Shown: positions 48,482 to 60,618, counted from the first letter of the whole stretch. The stretch is 62,893 nt of DNA, filler included, from Myxococcota bacterium (GCA_049322255.1; 6 parts of 6 records of this genome joined end to end with filler, not necessarily neighbours in it); one strand, 5' to 3'. Made by a program: numbers and translations. The notes: a model not told the origin generated them from the sequence alone.

Positions 48482-49454
48482 GGTCCACCACCTTTTGCGC
48501 GGCGGCGACAATCTTCGGCACCTGGGGCAGCGCCGCCTCCTCCAAGTGCTTGGGGTAGGGAATGGGCACCTCCTCGCTGCACACCCTCGCCACCGGCGCG
48601 TCCAGCTCGTAGAAGGCGCCCTCCATGATGCGCGCGCACACCTCGGCGGAGAGGCCGCCGCTCTTCCAGCCCTCGTCAATCACCACCGCCCGATGCGTCT
48701 TGGTGACGCTGGCGAGGATGGAGCGCTCATCGAGCGGACGCAGCGAGCGTAAGTCGAGCACCTCCGCCTCGACGCCCTGGGCGGCCAGCACCTGCGCGGC
48801 CTCGAGCGTCTTGAAGAGCGAGCCGCCATAAGTGATGAGGCTCACGTCGCGCCCTTCGCGGCGCACCTGGGCATGGTCGATGTCCACCGGACCGGCGTCC
48901 TCGGCCAGCTCGCCTTCCATGTTGTAGAGCAGCGCGTGCTCGAAGATGAGCACCGGATCGGGGTCTTCCAGCGCGGTCCACAGCATGCCGCGGGCGTCCT
49001 CCAGCGTGGCGGGAGCGACGATGCGCAGCCCCGGCAGGTGCGCGTACCAGCCCTCGAAGCTGTGGGCGTGCTGCGCGGCGAGCTGACGCCCGGCGCCGGT
49101 GGCCATGCGCACCACCAGCGGGACGTTGACTTGCCCTCCGGACATATGGAGGAAGGTCGCCGCGGTGTTCACCAGTTGATCCAGCGCCAGAAGGCTGAAG
49201 TTCACCGTCATCACCTCGACGATGGGCCGCATCCCGTTGAGCGCCGCGCCGATGCCGGCGCCGACGAAGCCGGTCTCGGAGAGCGGCGCGTCGCGAACGC
49301 GCTCGGGGCCAAACTCCTCCAACAGGCCCTGGCTCACCGCGTAGCCGCCCCCGTAGGCGCCGACATCTTCCCCCATGAGGAAAACACGGCCGTCCCGTCG
49401 CAGCGCATCACGAATCGCCTGGCGCAGCGCCTCGCGGTAGGTGGCCTTGCTCAT
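48474..49454 (-). CDS. pdhB: Pyruvate dehydrogenase E1 beta-like subunit
   Basis: [28 protein letters not shown]. Confidence 0.92.
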   Translation of the reverse strand: MSKATYREALRQAIRDALRRDGRVFLMGEDVGAYGGGYAVSQGLLEEFGPERVRDAPLSETGFVGAGIGAALNGMRPIVEVMTVNFSLLALDQLVNTAATFLHMSGGQVNVPLVVRMATGAGRQLAAQHAHSFEGWYAHLPGLRIVAPATLEDARGMLWTALEDPDPVLIFEHALLYNMEGELAEDAGPVDIDHAQVRREGRDVSLITYGGSLFKTLEAAQVLAAQGVEAEVLDLRSLRPLDERSILASVTKTHRAVVIDEGWKSGGLSAEVCARIMEGAFYELDAPVARVCSEEVPIPYPKHLEEAALPQVPKIVAAAQKVVDRG

Positions 49455-50421
49455 CGAGGCACCTTTCGGGAGTAGACAAAGCGGGTCAGCTCCTCCACGG
49501 GCTCGAGCACGCCGGCGTCGGCGAAGGCCACCGCGTCGTCGATCTCCGCGCGGATCTTCTTCTCCCAGTCCTCCACGTCGGCAGGTCGCAACCACCCACC
49601 CGGCTCGGCGCGCCGCTTCAACACCAGGAGCGGATCGCGCTTCATCTGCTCCTCGATTTCCTCTTTCGAGCGGTACAGCTGGGCGTCGAACATCGAGTGA
49701 CCACGGAAGCGGTAGGTCAAAAGCTCGAGGAAACGCGGCGTTCCGCTACGGCGAACGGCGTCCGCGGCTTTGCGCGCTGACTCCGCCACCGCCAGGACGT
49801 CCATCCCGTCCACCGACTCCGCGGGCATGCCGTAGGAGGCCGCGCGCGCCGCCAAGTCGGTGTTGCCGTGGGTCTTCTCCAGCGCCGTGCCCATGGCGTA
49901 GCGGTTGTTCTCGCACAAGAAGAGCACCGGCAGCTTCCACAGCACCGCCAGGTTGGCCGACTCGTGAAAAGCGCCCTCGGCGAAGGCGCCGTCACCGAAG
50001 AAGCAGGCGGTGATGCGCCGCTTGCCTTGCATCGCATCGGCGAGCGCCAGCCCCACCGCCAGGGGCAACCCTCCTCCGACGATGGCGTTGCCGCCAAAAA
50101 ACCGCCGGGAGACGTCGAAGAGGTGCATCGAGCCGCCCCGGCCGCGGCTGCACCCCTCTACTTTGCCGAACATCTCGGCCATCACCGCGCGCGCCGACAC
50201 CCCGCGCATCAACGCGTGCCCGTGCTCCCGGTAGGTGGACACCACCGCGTCCTCCGCAGTGAGCGCGGGCATCGCTCCCACCGCCACCGCCTCCTCACCG
50301 ATGTAGAGGTGGAGAAAGCCGCGAATCTTCCCCACGGTGTACAGCTCGGCGCATTTCTCTTCGAAGCGGCGCAAGCGCAACAGCTCACCGTAGAAGCGCA
50401 AGGCCGTCTCCCGGTCGAGGG

Positions 50422-50425
<4 letters not shown>
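49451..50425 (-). CDS. pdhA: Pyruvate dehydrogenase E1 alpha subunit
   Basis: [28 protein letters not shown] motif, YRFRGHS. Confidence 0.93.
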
Positions 50426-52184
<1,759 letters not shown>

Positions 52185-52188
<4 letters not shown>

Positions 52189-52604
52189 GGGCCCTGGTTC
52201 TCCCGCACTGCGGCCGCCAGCTGGTGCAGCTCGGCGGCGAAGAGCACGGTGAGGTCGTCGAGGGAGACCAGGCCCGCGACTTTCCCGTCCGCATCGACGA
52301 TGGGAATGCGGCGCACGCCCCGGCGGCGCATCGCCACCACCACCTCATCGAGCAGGCTGTCACGCTGGGCCACCACCACGTCCCGGCTCATCACCTCGCC
52401 CACGGGAAGCGCCTTCGCTTCCCGTCCCTCGGCCACCACCCGACAAGTCACGTCGCGGTCGGTGAGAATTCCCACCGGTTTGCCGCCTTCTTCCACCACC
52501 ACCAGACCGACGTGCTCCTCGCGCATCTTCCGCGCGGCCTCGGAGACCGACTGGGTGGGCGACACCGTCACCACCCGCTTTCTGCAGAATCGTTCGAGTG
52601 ACAT
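52185..52604 (-). CDS. CBS-domain protein
   Basis: [27 protein letters not shown] overlap with acsA. Confidence 0.9.
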
Positions 52605-52616
52605 GAGCGCTCGCCA

Positions 52617-52632
52617 AGCAAGCCCCGCGCCG
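52617..52632 (-). promoter_or_regulatory. Putative sigma54 -24/-12 promoter
   Basis: Minus strand CGGCGCGGGGCTTGCT (GG-N10-GC with TTGC), 12 nt before the CBS ATG. Confidence 0.5.
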
Positions 52633-52813
52633 AAAGGCTCCATGCCCGCCGGGGGGACCGCCTTCCCTTCGGGCTTGAAGGTGCGTGCGGCCTTGTCACT
52701 GTGCAAAGGCTGCAGAGGTATTGAGCTCCTCCTTGTGCGGAACGCAACTTCTGCAGATGGTAGGGAATGCGAATCACCCTCGAGGCGTCTACTTCCTTCG
52801 GAAGGGGCGTTCC

Positions 52814-54433
52814 ATGAAGGTCATCGGCGGTTTTGCAGGCAAGCTGGCCGGCGGGTTCGTCGTCCTCCTCTTGCTCCTCGGTGGCGCGGAGGTTCTCTCC
52901 ATTCGAGAGCTTGCTCGCTCTGCCGCTGAGCGAGAGACCATCGGCCGGCAGCTGTTGGAGGACGTCATCTACGCCGAGCGCCTTCGCGCCGCCGGCGACG
53001 CCTCCGCTGCCGCCGAACGCGGGTTTTTGATTACCCGAAGCTCCGAGTTTCTCCACCGGCTGGAGGAAGCAAAAATCTCCTTCGACCGGGCGCTTGGTGA
53101 ATTGCGCGCTCGCGTCTCCACGCCGACGGGCAAGGAGCTCGTGGAGCGGGTGACCAAAGAAGCCACCGACTACAGCCAGGCTGAACACCGCATCATCCTC
53201 GAAGCAGGGAAGAACGCCGACCCCGAGGCGATCCGACGGTTGTTCGAACGAGAGGTCGTGCCCCGGCGGCTCGAGCTCAACGAGGCGATCGACGAGCTCA
53301 TCGCCCACAAAGACATCCGGCTGGCGGCGAGCTACGAAGAGACGCGCAAGGTGACCTCGCGCGCCATCACGGCCTCGGCCCTCCGCCTCTCGCTGGCCGT
53401 CCTCGCCAGCGCACTTTTCGCCTGGGCGATGGTCCGGCACCTGACCAAGGTGTACCGCCGAGAACAGGAGGCGGTGCGCTCGGCGGAACGGGCCATCGCT
53501 GCTCGTGACGAGCTTTTGGGCATCGTGGCCCACGACCTTCGCAACCCATTGAACGCCATCACCATGAAGGCCGCCCTCCTGCGCAAGTCCACCGCCGAGG
53601 AAAAGACGGCCAAGCAAGCGGAGTCGATCGAAGGGGTGGCGATGCGAATGGAGCACCTCATCAAGAGCCTCCTCGACGTCGCCAGCATCGAGGTGGGGCA
53701 GCTCTCGGTGCGACCCTCGCCTTGCGAAGTAGCGAAGACGCTGCAGGAGGCCTTCGACCTCTTGGGTCCCCTCGCCTTGCCGAAATCCATTCGGCTGGAG
53801 GCTCGCCTGGAGCCACCCGACCTCTGGGTGAAGGCGGACCGAGAGCGGGTGATTCAGGTGCTCATCAACCTGGTCGCCAACGCCCTCAAGTTCAGCTTCG
53901 ACGGCAGCAGGGTCGACGTCACCGTGGAGCAAGAGGGAGATTTCGTTCGGTTCTCCGTCGCAGACACCGGCCCGGGAATCGCTCCCTCCCACCTGCCCCA
54001 CGTCTTCGAGCGCTTCTGGAAGAACGAAACCGACGGCAAACGAGGTACCGGGCTCGGGCTGTACATCGCCAAGGGCATCGTGGAGGCCCATGGTGGGCAC
54101 ATCTGGGTCGAAAGCCAGCTCGGCCACGGCGCCACTTTTCACTTCACCCTTCCCTCATCCTTCCACCCAGCGGCGAATCCACGCAGCGGTGGCGAACGAA
54201 AGGGCGGCGGCGGCTCCACCGGTGAAGAGCGTGCCCAGCCCGGAGCGCAGAACGGGTCGCTCGAGCAGATACCCGCGGAGCGCCCCGGTGGCGAAGAACG
54301 CGAGCGCGGTGGCCACCCCGCTGACGACGAACGGCGCTCGCACCCACGAAGGCAGCATGAAGGGAAACAAGGGCACGGCGCCCACTCCCAAGAAAGCGGC
54401 CAGGGTCACCAGCCCCGCACGAACGGGGGATGA
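52814..54433 (+). CDS. Sensor histidine kinase (CHASE3-like periplasmic domain)
   Basis: Two TMs, AERGFLIT, AHDLRNPL H-box, NALKF, DTGPGI, GTGLGL; the tail runs antisense into VIT1. Confidence 0.9.
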   Translation: MKVIGGFAGKLAGGFVVLLLLLGGAEVLSIRELARSAAERETIGRQLLEDVIYAERLRAAGDASAAAERGFLITRSSEFLHRLEEAKISFDRALGELRARVSTPTGKELVERVTKEATDYSQAEHRIILEAGKNADPEAIRRLFEREVVPRRLELNEAIDELIAHKDIRLAASYEETRKVTSRAITASALRLSLAVLASALFAWAMVRHLTKVYRREQEAVRSAERAIAARDELLGIVAHDLRNPLNAITMKAALLRKSTAEEKTAKQAESIEGVAMRMEHLIKSLLDVASIEVGQLSVRPSPCEVAKTLQEAFDLLGPLALPKSIRLEARLEPPDLWVKADRERVIQVLINLVANALKFSFDGSRVDVTVEQEGDFVRFSVADTGPGIAPSHLPHVFERFWKNETDGKRGTGLGLYIAKGIVEAHGGHIWVESQLGHGATFHFTLPSSFHPAANPRSGGERKGGGGSTGEERAQPGAQNGSLEQIPAERPGGEERERGGHPADDERRSHPRRQHEGKQGHGAHSQESGQGHQPRTNGG

Positions 54434-54916
54434 CGCCTCGGGGTAGAGGCGAAACTCCTCCGCCAGCACGGTGCGGGCGAAGAGCTCCTCGTCCCGCGCC
54501 AACACCCGCACCACCTCGTCCAACAGGGGCGGCTCGAAGCCCTTGGCGCGGAAAATCTCTCTGAGCTCGGCCAACTGCGCCTTTGGCACCAGCTGCATGT
54601 GGCGCCGTTCTGCATGCAGCGCCTTCGCCGCCCGCTCGCGCTCGCTCTTGGCGCGCTCGTAGTTGCTGACCGCCATGCTCACTCCGTCGGCGACCAGGTT
54701 GGCGAAGCCCAAGAGGATGGCCACCTTCGGCGACAACCCCGCGCCCAGCACTCCCGCCACCACCGCGAAGGTGGTGACGCAGCCGTCGATCGCTCCCAAC
54801 ACCGCGTCGCTCAGGTCGGTCCTCAACGCGCCTCGTGCCAACCGCCGCTGCACCGCTTCGGGGCGGTGCTCTCTTTCCAGCCGCGCGCGCTCTTCCTCCT
54901 CCAAGTCCCCAGCCAT
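54155..54916 (-). CDS. VIT1/CCC1-family Fe/Mn transporter
   Basis: DAVLGAIDG, ANLVADGVSMAVSNY, G.VPL.P. Confidence 0.92.
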   Translation of the reverse strand: MAGDLEEEERARLEREHRPEAVQRRLARGALRTDLSDAVLGAIDGCVTTFAVVAGVLGAGLSPKVAILLGFANLVADGVSMAVSNYERAKSERERAAKALHAERRHMQLVPKAQLAELREIFRAKGFEPPLLDEVVRVLARDEELFARTVLAEEFRLYPEASSPVRAGLVTLAAFLGVGAVPLFPFMLPSWVRAPFVVSGVATALAFFATGALRGYLLERPVLRSGLGTLFTGGAAAALSFATAAWIRRWVEG

Positions 54917-54919
54917 GGC

Positions 54920-55170
54920 TCATGTCGACGGCGGCGAAGCTTCTTCCAACCGAAGGCCCCACAGCTCGCGCTTGTAGGAGCGCTGCAAGAGCAAGCCGAG
55001 CGCCTCCTGAACGGACCGCCCGCGGTGAAGAACGTGAAACACCTGCTCGGCAAGGGGCGTCTCGACGTGCCGCCGTTGGGACAGCTCGTAGACGGCCGCG
55101 GCGGTGGTGAAGCCCTCGGCCACTGAGCGGCGCTCGGCGAGGTAGCGGCGTGCATCGACGCCTCTGGCCA
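54920..55170 (-). CDS. gpsA: NAD(P)H-dependent glycerol-3-phosphate dehydrogenase, 3' fragment
   Basis: VAEGFTT..VETPLAEQV..LLQR; 55044-55170 is identical to 59542-59668. Confidence 0.9.
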
Positions 55171-55270
55171 NNNNNNNNNNNNNNNNNNNNNNNNNNNNNN
55201 NNNNNNNNNNNNNNTTAATTAATTAANNNNNNNNNNNNNNNNNNNNNNNNNNNNNNNNNNNNNNNNNNNN
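55171..55270. other. Artificial contig linker
   Basis: N run with TTAATTAATTAA at 55215-55226. Confidence 0.98.
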
Positions 55271-55346
55271 GGGCAAAACAACCTGAGGTCAATGATGCCA
55301 GCGGTGCTGAAGCGCGGGGTTGAAGTTGAGAGGGCCATCGAAGCGG

Positions 55347-55817
55347 TCATGGGCGCTTGCCCTTGCGCTCCACCGGTGGCTTACGCAACCGCTCCTCGAG
55401 CTCGCTCACCCGCCGCGACAGCTCGTCTCGCCACAGCGCCTGGTCGCGTGCGCCCTGTTGCTGCGACTCGTACAGCTGCAGCGCTGCCGCGACCATCGCC
55501 TCGTTGAACTCCACCTGCTTGCGTAAGACTTCGTTGATGAAGGGCTGGAAGACGGCGCGGAAGGCACGCTTGGCCGCGACCAGCGGCAGGCCGATGAGCC
55601 CGCGGTGGGTGGTTGCCGGAGAAACGCTGCGCGAATCGGCCCGCTCCTTGGCGTGGCGAAGAATGGGCGGCCAGGGAATTTCGGCGTCAGGCATCACCGT
55701 GGCCTCGAGCAACCGTCGCACCTCGGCGAGGGTCTGCTTGTCCACGGGCAGGCGCGCGGCCTTCTTGGCCACCTCTTCTGCGGACGGGTCGAACGAGAGA
55801 ATCTGCTCTGACTTCAT
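55347..55817 (-). CDS. Hypothetical coiled-coil protein associated with a glycosyltransferase
   Basis: THRG..G......KR.FR...QP.....L.KQVEFN motif; GGAG SD; 9 nt downstream of the GT4 gene. Confidence 0.7.
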   Translation of the reverse strand: MKSEQILSFDPSAEEVAKKAARLPVDKQTLAEVRRLLEATVMPDAEIPWPPILRHAKERADSRSVSPATTHRGLIGLPLVAAKRAFRAVFQPFINEVLRKQVEFNEAMVAAALQLYESQQQGARDQALWRDELSRRVSELEERLRKPPVERKGKRP

Positions 55818-55826
55818 CGTTGCTCC

Positions 55827-57332
55827 TTACCCGGGCGCCGCAGCGAGCGCGCGCTGAACCACGGCGTCGAGGCTGCCCCTCTCGGGGACCTCGACGGTGA
55901 GAAGTCTCTTCCCCAGGCGCTCGGCAAGCTCCGCCTCGACGCCCAACGCCACCACCTTCGCCCGGCTGGTCAACAGGGCCGCACCCAGGGACGAGGAACG
56001 TTCCGCCTCCGGCGTGTCGGCGGAGAGCTCGAGCACGTCCAGCTCCCCCAACCGGCTTTGGCGCGGGAAAAGCGAGCCGATTCGCTCCTTGGCGAGCGTC
56101 AAAAGTTGCACCTTCCTCGTCTGGGCCAGCTCACGGGCAAGCTGCACCGCCGCCGCGGCCAATCGTCCCCGTGGTTGCCGGCGCAGTGAAGGGCACACCA
56201 CCAACAGCTCGCCTTCCACCGGAGGTTTGGCCAGCGCGCGGGGCCTTCGCTCGATGAGGTGAGAAAGCTCCTCGCGCACCTGCCCCTCGGCCGACGCGCC
56301 AGTCAGCTCCTCCAACCGCCTGTTCTGTCCCTCGAGGACACGCGCGCGCAAGGAGGCGTCCCTTTTCACCAGGGCGAGGAGCCGGGCGACCTCGATCGGG
56401 TCCGCCGTGAGCGAGACCAGCCCTGCCCGGCCCAAGGTGTCGGGGACCGCCGCCGAACCGAGCGCCACCACAGGCACCTCGCGATGCATCGCCTCGACCA
56501 GCGGAACACAGAAGCCCTCGTGGGCGCTCATCGACAGATACACGCTGGCGGTGGCGAAGCACGCCGAGAGCTGACTCGCCGACAGCCTGCCCAAAAACCG
56601 CGCCCGGTCGGCCCTCAGCGCCCGCCGCAACGCGTGCAGATGGTTCACGTAGGGGCTGAAGGCGTGGAAGTCGCCAGCGATGAGCAGCCGCGCGGTGGGA
56701 TCGAACAGGCGCTGATATGCGCAGAACACTCGCAGGACATCATCGATTCGTTTGCTCGGCACTCCGCGGCCGACGAACAGCACGTTGGTGCAGCCATCGG
56801 AGAGCTCGCCTTGAAGCGCGGGGGCGGGCTCGGCGTCGAAGGCGCTCCAGTCGACGAGAAAGGGCAGCACCGCCACCGAGCGAAAACCCGCCGCGGCGAG
56901 CTCCTCGGCGGAAAAGCGCGAATAGGCAAAGGCGTGCTCGGCGAGGCGAGCGAGCTCGTACAGCTCGTCACGGGCGGCGTCGCAGGCCTGGGCGAGCGCA
57001 CGGTCGAAGGGCCGCATCAAATGGCCGGGGGTGATGTTGTGGTACAGCACCACCCGGCGGCAACGCAGCCGCTTCACCAGCGGAAGGAGCTTCGATTCGA
57101 AGCTGTGGTGCACCAGCACCAAGTCTTCCCGGCCTGCGCGCAACAGCTCCTCGGGAGGGCGGGCCTCGCCGCGGCTCTCGGCGTCGGTCTGCGCCGCAAA
57201 GATGTGCGACTCGGCCCCCAGCTCGACGAGGAGCCGGCGAAGCAAGCGCACCTGGTTTCCCACCGCGTCGCCCCAGGAGAGCATCGGCAAGAGTTGGTGC
57301 ACCCGGGGGGCGTGTCGCCTCGCGTCCGTCAT
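55827..57332 (-). CDS. Glycosyltransferase family 4 protein
   Basis: GDAVGN, YHNITP, LFVGR..P.K, S.HEGFCVPLVEAM. Confidence 0.9.
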   Translation of the reverse strand: MTDARRHAPRVHQLLPMLSWGDAVGNQVRLLRRLLVELGAESHIFAAQTDAESRGEARPPEELLRAGREDLVLVHHSFESKLLPLVKRLRCRRVVLYHNITPGHLMRPFDRALAQACDAARDELYELARLAEHAFAYSRFSAEELAAAGFRSVAVLPFLVDWSAFDAEPAPALQGELSDGCTNVLFVGRGVPSKRIDDVLRVFCAYQRLFDPTARLLIAGDFHAFSPYVNHLHALRRALRADRARFLGRLSASQLSACFATASVYLSMSAHEGFCVPLVEAMHREVPVVALGSAAVPDTLGRAGLVSLTADPIEVARLLALVKRDASLRARVLEGQNRRLEELTGASAEGQVREELSHLIERRPRALAKPPVEGELLVVCPSLRRQPRGRLAAAAVQLARELAQTRKVQLLTLAKERIGSLFPRQSRLGELDVLELSADTPEAERSSSLGAALLTSRAKVVALGVEAELAERLGKRLLTVEVPERGSLDAVVQRALAAAPG

Positions 57333-57385
57333 CGAGGCGCGGCACCCTAGGCGACCGGCTCGAAAGCGGTCAACGGCGGGCCTCT

Positions 57386-57485
57386 NNNNNNNNNNNNNNN
57401 NNNNNNNNNNNNNNNNNNNNNNNNNNNNNTTAATTAATTAANNNNNNNNNNNNNNNNNNNNNNNNNNNNNNNNNNNNNNNNNNNN
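57386..57485. other. Artificial contig linker
   Basis: N run with TTAATTAATTAA at 57430-57441. Confidence 0.98.
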
Positions 57486-58133
57486 CTAGGAAGGCTCCCT
57501 GTCGGTTCGTCGCAGGTGCTCGACCGCCGCCGCGAGCAGTGCAGCCACCCCTCGCTTGGCCACGTGCACCACCTTCTTGCGCATGGGCGGCGGCACCTGG
57601 GTGTAGAGCCAGGACACCTTGTGGTGCAGCTCCGAGGCGCCCCACACCAAGACGAGGTCGGCCCACTCGACGTCGCTCTTCGCCCGGTCCGAGGTACGGC
57701 GCTCGGTGCCGTCCACCATGCGCAGCTCCAGCGCCGTGCCCAGCGCGCGCACCAACTCCTCCCGCACCGAGGGTGAGCCACCCACCACCACCAGGCGGCG
57801 CACGCCCCTCTTCTGGCAGGCCTCGAGGAGCTCGACTTCCGCGCGGCGGTTGTCCGAGCCACCGCAACGTTCGCACGCCCTCTTGGGGTCGCAGCGAATC
57901 GGCTCGCGGCCGCTCTGGCGGGCGTACGCTTCGCACTCGGCGGTCGAGCAGTGGAGGGCGAAACGCTCAGAGAGCACCTGCGCGGCGCGCGAAAGCTTCT
58001 GCTCGCTCATGCGCTGTTTGCCCGGCCGGGTGAGGCCAGCCTCCTCGAGGACAGCACGGGCCTTCGCACGCACCGCAGGAAGGGCAAAGCCCAGCCCGGC
58101 GAGCCACCCATCGATGGAGCGATCGCCGCTCAC
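57486..58133 (-). CDS. Hypothetical protein with a Cys cluster and a DUF2325-like C-terminal domain
   Basis: C-x4-C..C-x2-C; LVVVGG..ADLVLVW....HH; starts 3 nt after the rnhB stop. Confidence 0.7.
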   Translation of the reverse strand: MSGDRSIDGWLAGLGFALPAVRAKARAVLEEAGLTRPGKQRMSEQKLSRAAQVLSERFALHCSTAECEAYARQSGREPIRCDPKRACERCGGSDNRRAEVELLEACQKRGVRRLVVVGGSPSVREELVRALGTALELRMVDGTERRTSDRAKSDVEWADLVLVWGASELHHKVSWLYTQVPPPMRKKVVHVAKRGVAALLAAAVEHLRRTDREPS

Positions 58134-58136
58134 CGG

Positions 58137-59000
58137 CTAAGGGGCCCGTCGGCCTGGGCGCACGGCGGAGGAGGCGGCGAAAAGCTCGGTCTGCACCGGA
58201 GCCAGCCCCATCGCTTGTCGCACCAGCGCGAAGGTGCGGCGGTGGACGGCGGAGGCCCCCAGCTTCTCCAGCGCTCGGCGGTGCTTTGGCGTGGGGTAGC
58301 CCTTGTGCGCGGCGAAGCCGTAGCCGGGGAACTGCTCGTCCAGCTGGGTCATGTACGCGTCACGGGTGGTCTTGGCGATGATCGAGGCGGCGGCGATGCT
58401 CATTGACAACGCGTCCCCGTGGATGATGCCGCGCTGCGGGATGGCGCACTGGGGAATCTTGCGCGCATCGACCAGGCAGAAATCCGGCCGTCGCGACAGG
58501 CTCTCCACCGCGCGGCGCATCGCGAGCAGCCCCGCGTGGTAGATGTTGAGCGCGTCGACCTCTTCGACCGTGGCCCACCCGGCGGCCCAGGCGATGGCGT
58601 CGGCCTTGATGGCTTGGGCGAGCTCTTCACGCTTGGCTGGGTCGAGAATTTTCTTCGAGTCGTCGAGCCCTTTCAGCCGATGGTGCTTGGGGAGGATGAC
58701 CGCCCCCGCGACGACCGGACCAGCGAGCGGCGCCATCCCGGCCTCGTCGACGCCAGCGATGAGCTGCACCCCGGCGTCCCACAGCTCGGCCTCGTAGCGC
58801 AGGAGGTGACGGAGCCGTTGCCCCTCGGCGCGGTTCTTCTCGCGCTTTTGCCGAATGCGCTTCGCCAGCCCGCGGGCGCCGTGGCGCTCGTCCCGCGCCA
58901 GCGCCTCCAAGAGCCCCTCGGGCACCGGTCGCGCGCGGTCGAGAAAACGCTCCTTGAGCTTTGGCACCGACAGGCTCAGGAGCTCGTCGAGCAGGGGCAT
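58137..59000 (-). CDS. rnhB: Ribonuclease HII with N-terminal helical extension
   Basis: GVDEAG..PLAGPVVA, DDSKK, IAAASIIAK, HKGYPT, HRRTF. Confidence 0.95.
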   Translation of the reverse strand: MPLLDELLSLSVPKLKERFLDRARPVPEGLLEALARDERHGARGLAKRIRQKREKNRAEGQRLRHLLRYEAELWDAGVQLIAGVDEAGMAPLAGPVVAGAVILPKHHRLKGLDDSKKILDPAKREELAQAIKADAIAWAAGWATVEEVDALNIYHAGLLAMRRAVESLSRRPDFCLVDARKIPQCAIPQRGIIHGDALSMSIAAASIIAKTTRDAYMTQLDEQFPGYGFAAHKGYPTPKHRRALEKLGASAVHRRTFALVRQAMGLAPVQTELFAASSAVRPGRRAP

Positions 59001-59003
59001 CGC

Positions 59004-59390
59004 TTAGGGGCTCAACGTCAAGGTCACCGCGTTGGGCTCGCCGATGCAGTGGCACTCGCCGCAGGTGAAGACCACGTCCTTCACGTCGGAAACCTTGGTG
59101 CCCATGGTCGCCTGCACGTGCACCGTACCCTGGCCCAAGTCCTCTCCGATGGCGGTGGTGACCCCGCTGCCGTTGGTGGTCCCGGTGCTGGTCTTTTGCG
59201 AGCTGGGGTTGGTGCCCGTGACGGTGGCTCCCTCCACGGGGTTCCCCAGGGCGTCGAGCACCTTGACCGTGATGAAGACGAGCTCGGTGGTGCAGACCAG
59301 CCGATCGCGGCCGCCATCGGCCTGATGGTTGGAGGAAGGGCCACAGGCGGCGAGGGCGAGAAGGAGGATCGAGAACGAAGCGGTTTTCAT
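59004..59390 (-). CDS. Small lipoprotein with carboxypeptidase-regulatory-like domain
   Basis: LAAC lipobox; V.D..G.PV.GATV..G.T...G. Confidence 0.75.
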   Translation of the reverse strand: MKTASFSILLLALAACGPSSNHQADGGRDRLVCTTELVFITVKVLDALGNPVEGATVTGTNPSSQKTSTGTTNGSGVTTAIGEDLGQGTVHVQATMGTKVSDVKDVVFTCGECHCIGEPNAVTLTLSP

Positions 59391-59441
59391 GGGCGCGCAC
59401 ACTTACCTCTCGGCGGCCCAGGCTGGCAACCGGAAGACCTC

Positions 59442-59541
59442 NNNNNNNNNNNNNNNNNNNNNNNNNNNNNNNNNNNNNNNNNNNNTTAATTAATTAANNN
59501 NNNNNNNNNNNNNNNNNNNNNNNNNNNNNNNNNNNNNNNNN
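59442..59541. other. Artificial contig linker
   Basis: N run with TTAATTAATTAA at 59486-59497. Confidence 0.98.
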
Positions 59542-60458
59542 TGCTCGGCAAGGGGCGTCTCGACGTGCCGCCGTTGGGACAGCTCGTAGACGGCCGCGGC
59601 GGTGGTGAAGCCCTCGGCCACTGAGCGGCGCTCGGCGAGGTAGCGGCGTGCATCGACGCCTCTGGCCAGCTCCAACCCCAAGGTGCGGTTGCGGGAGAGC
59701 TCGCCGGTCGCGGTGAGCACCAAGTCTCCCACGCCCGACAACCCCAGGAAGGTGAGCGGCTGCGCCCCCAGCGCCCTTCCCAGGCGGGCAATCTCCGCCA
59801 GCCCCCGGGTGATGAGCGCCGCCCGCGCGCTGGTGCCCAGACCCAGCCCGTCGCAGATGCCGGCGGCGATGGCGATGACGTTCTTCACCGCCCCTCCCAC
59901 CTGCACCCCCACCGGGTCGTCGCTGGCATATAGGCGAAACATCGGCGAGTGCAGGGCGGCCTGAACGCGCTCCGCTGCCACCATGTGCCACGAGCCCAGC
60001 ACCGCTTCGGCATGAAGCCCCTGCACCACTTCGCGCGCGAAGGTCGGCCCGGAGAGCACCGCCAGCCGCGAAGGCTCGAGCGCAGGCATGGTCTGTGCGA
60101 GCACCTCGGACATCAGGGAGAGACTCCCCTCCTCGATTCCCTTGGTGGCCACCACCACCACCGCGCGCGCGGACACGAAAGGCGCGGCCTTTTCCGACAC
60201 GGCGCGAAAGAACTTGGACGGGGGCACGAGAATGACCAGCGTGGCCCCTTCAAGCACCTCGGGCATCACCGCCGACGCGCAAAGCTTTTCCGGCAGCGTC
60301 GCCCCTTGGAGGTACACGCTGTTGGTGTGGCGGGAGTTGATTTCTTCAGCCACCTCCGGCTCGTGCGTCCACAGGGCCACCTCGTGCCCTCTGCCCACGG
60401 CATGAGCGGCGAGCGCCGTTCCCCAAGCTCCTCCTCCGACCACCGCCACGCGTTCCAT
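59542..60458 (-). CDS. gpsA: NAD(P)H-dependent glycerol-3-phosphate dehydrogenase, 5' part
   Basis: VGGGAWGTALA, TKGIE, LSGPTFA.E, KNVIAIAAG, GDLVLT...SRN; GGAGG SD. Confidence 0.95.
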
Positions 60459-60618
60459 GACACCTCCGTTGGCCAAGGTGCCGAATAGGTACGGCAACCC
60501 ACCCGTGCAACTGCTCAGCAGACACACGCGCAGGCACAAGCCCTCCCGCTCGCCTTGGAGCGCCGCCCTTCCCCCATCGCCGTTGCCTCCTCAACTTTCG
60601 TAAAGGGAGGACATATGC

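Noticed and set aside
55044..55170. Apparent gpsA duplication or pseudogene
   Set aside because: Exact contig-end overlap, best explained as an assembly artefact.
55271..55350. Possible gene start (ATGA-coupled, minus strand) running into the gap
   Set aside because: Only about 26 codons are visible, with no recognisable motif.
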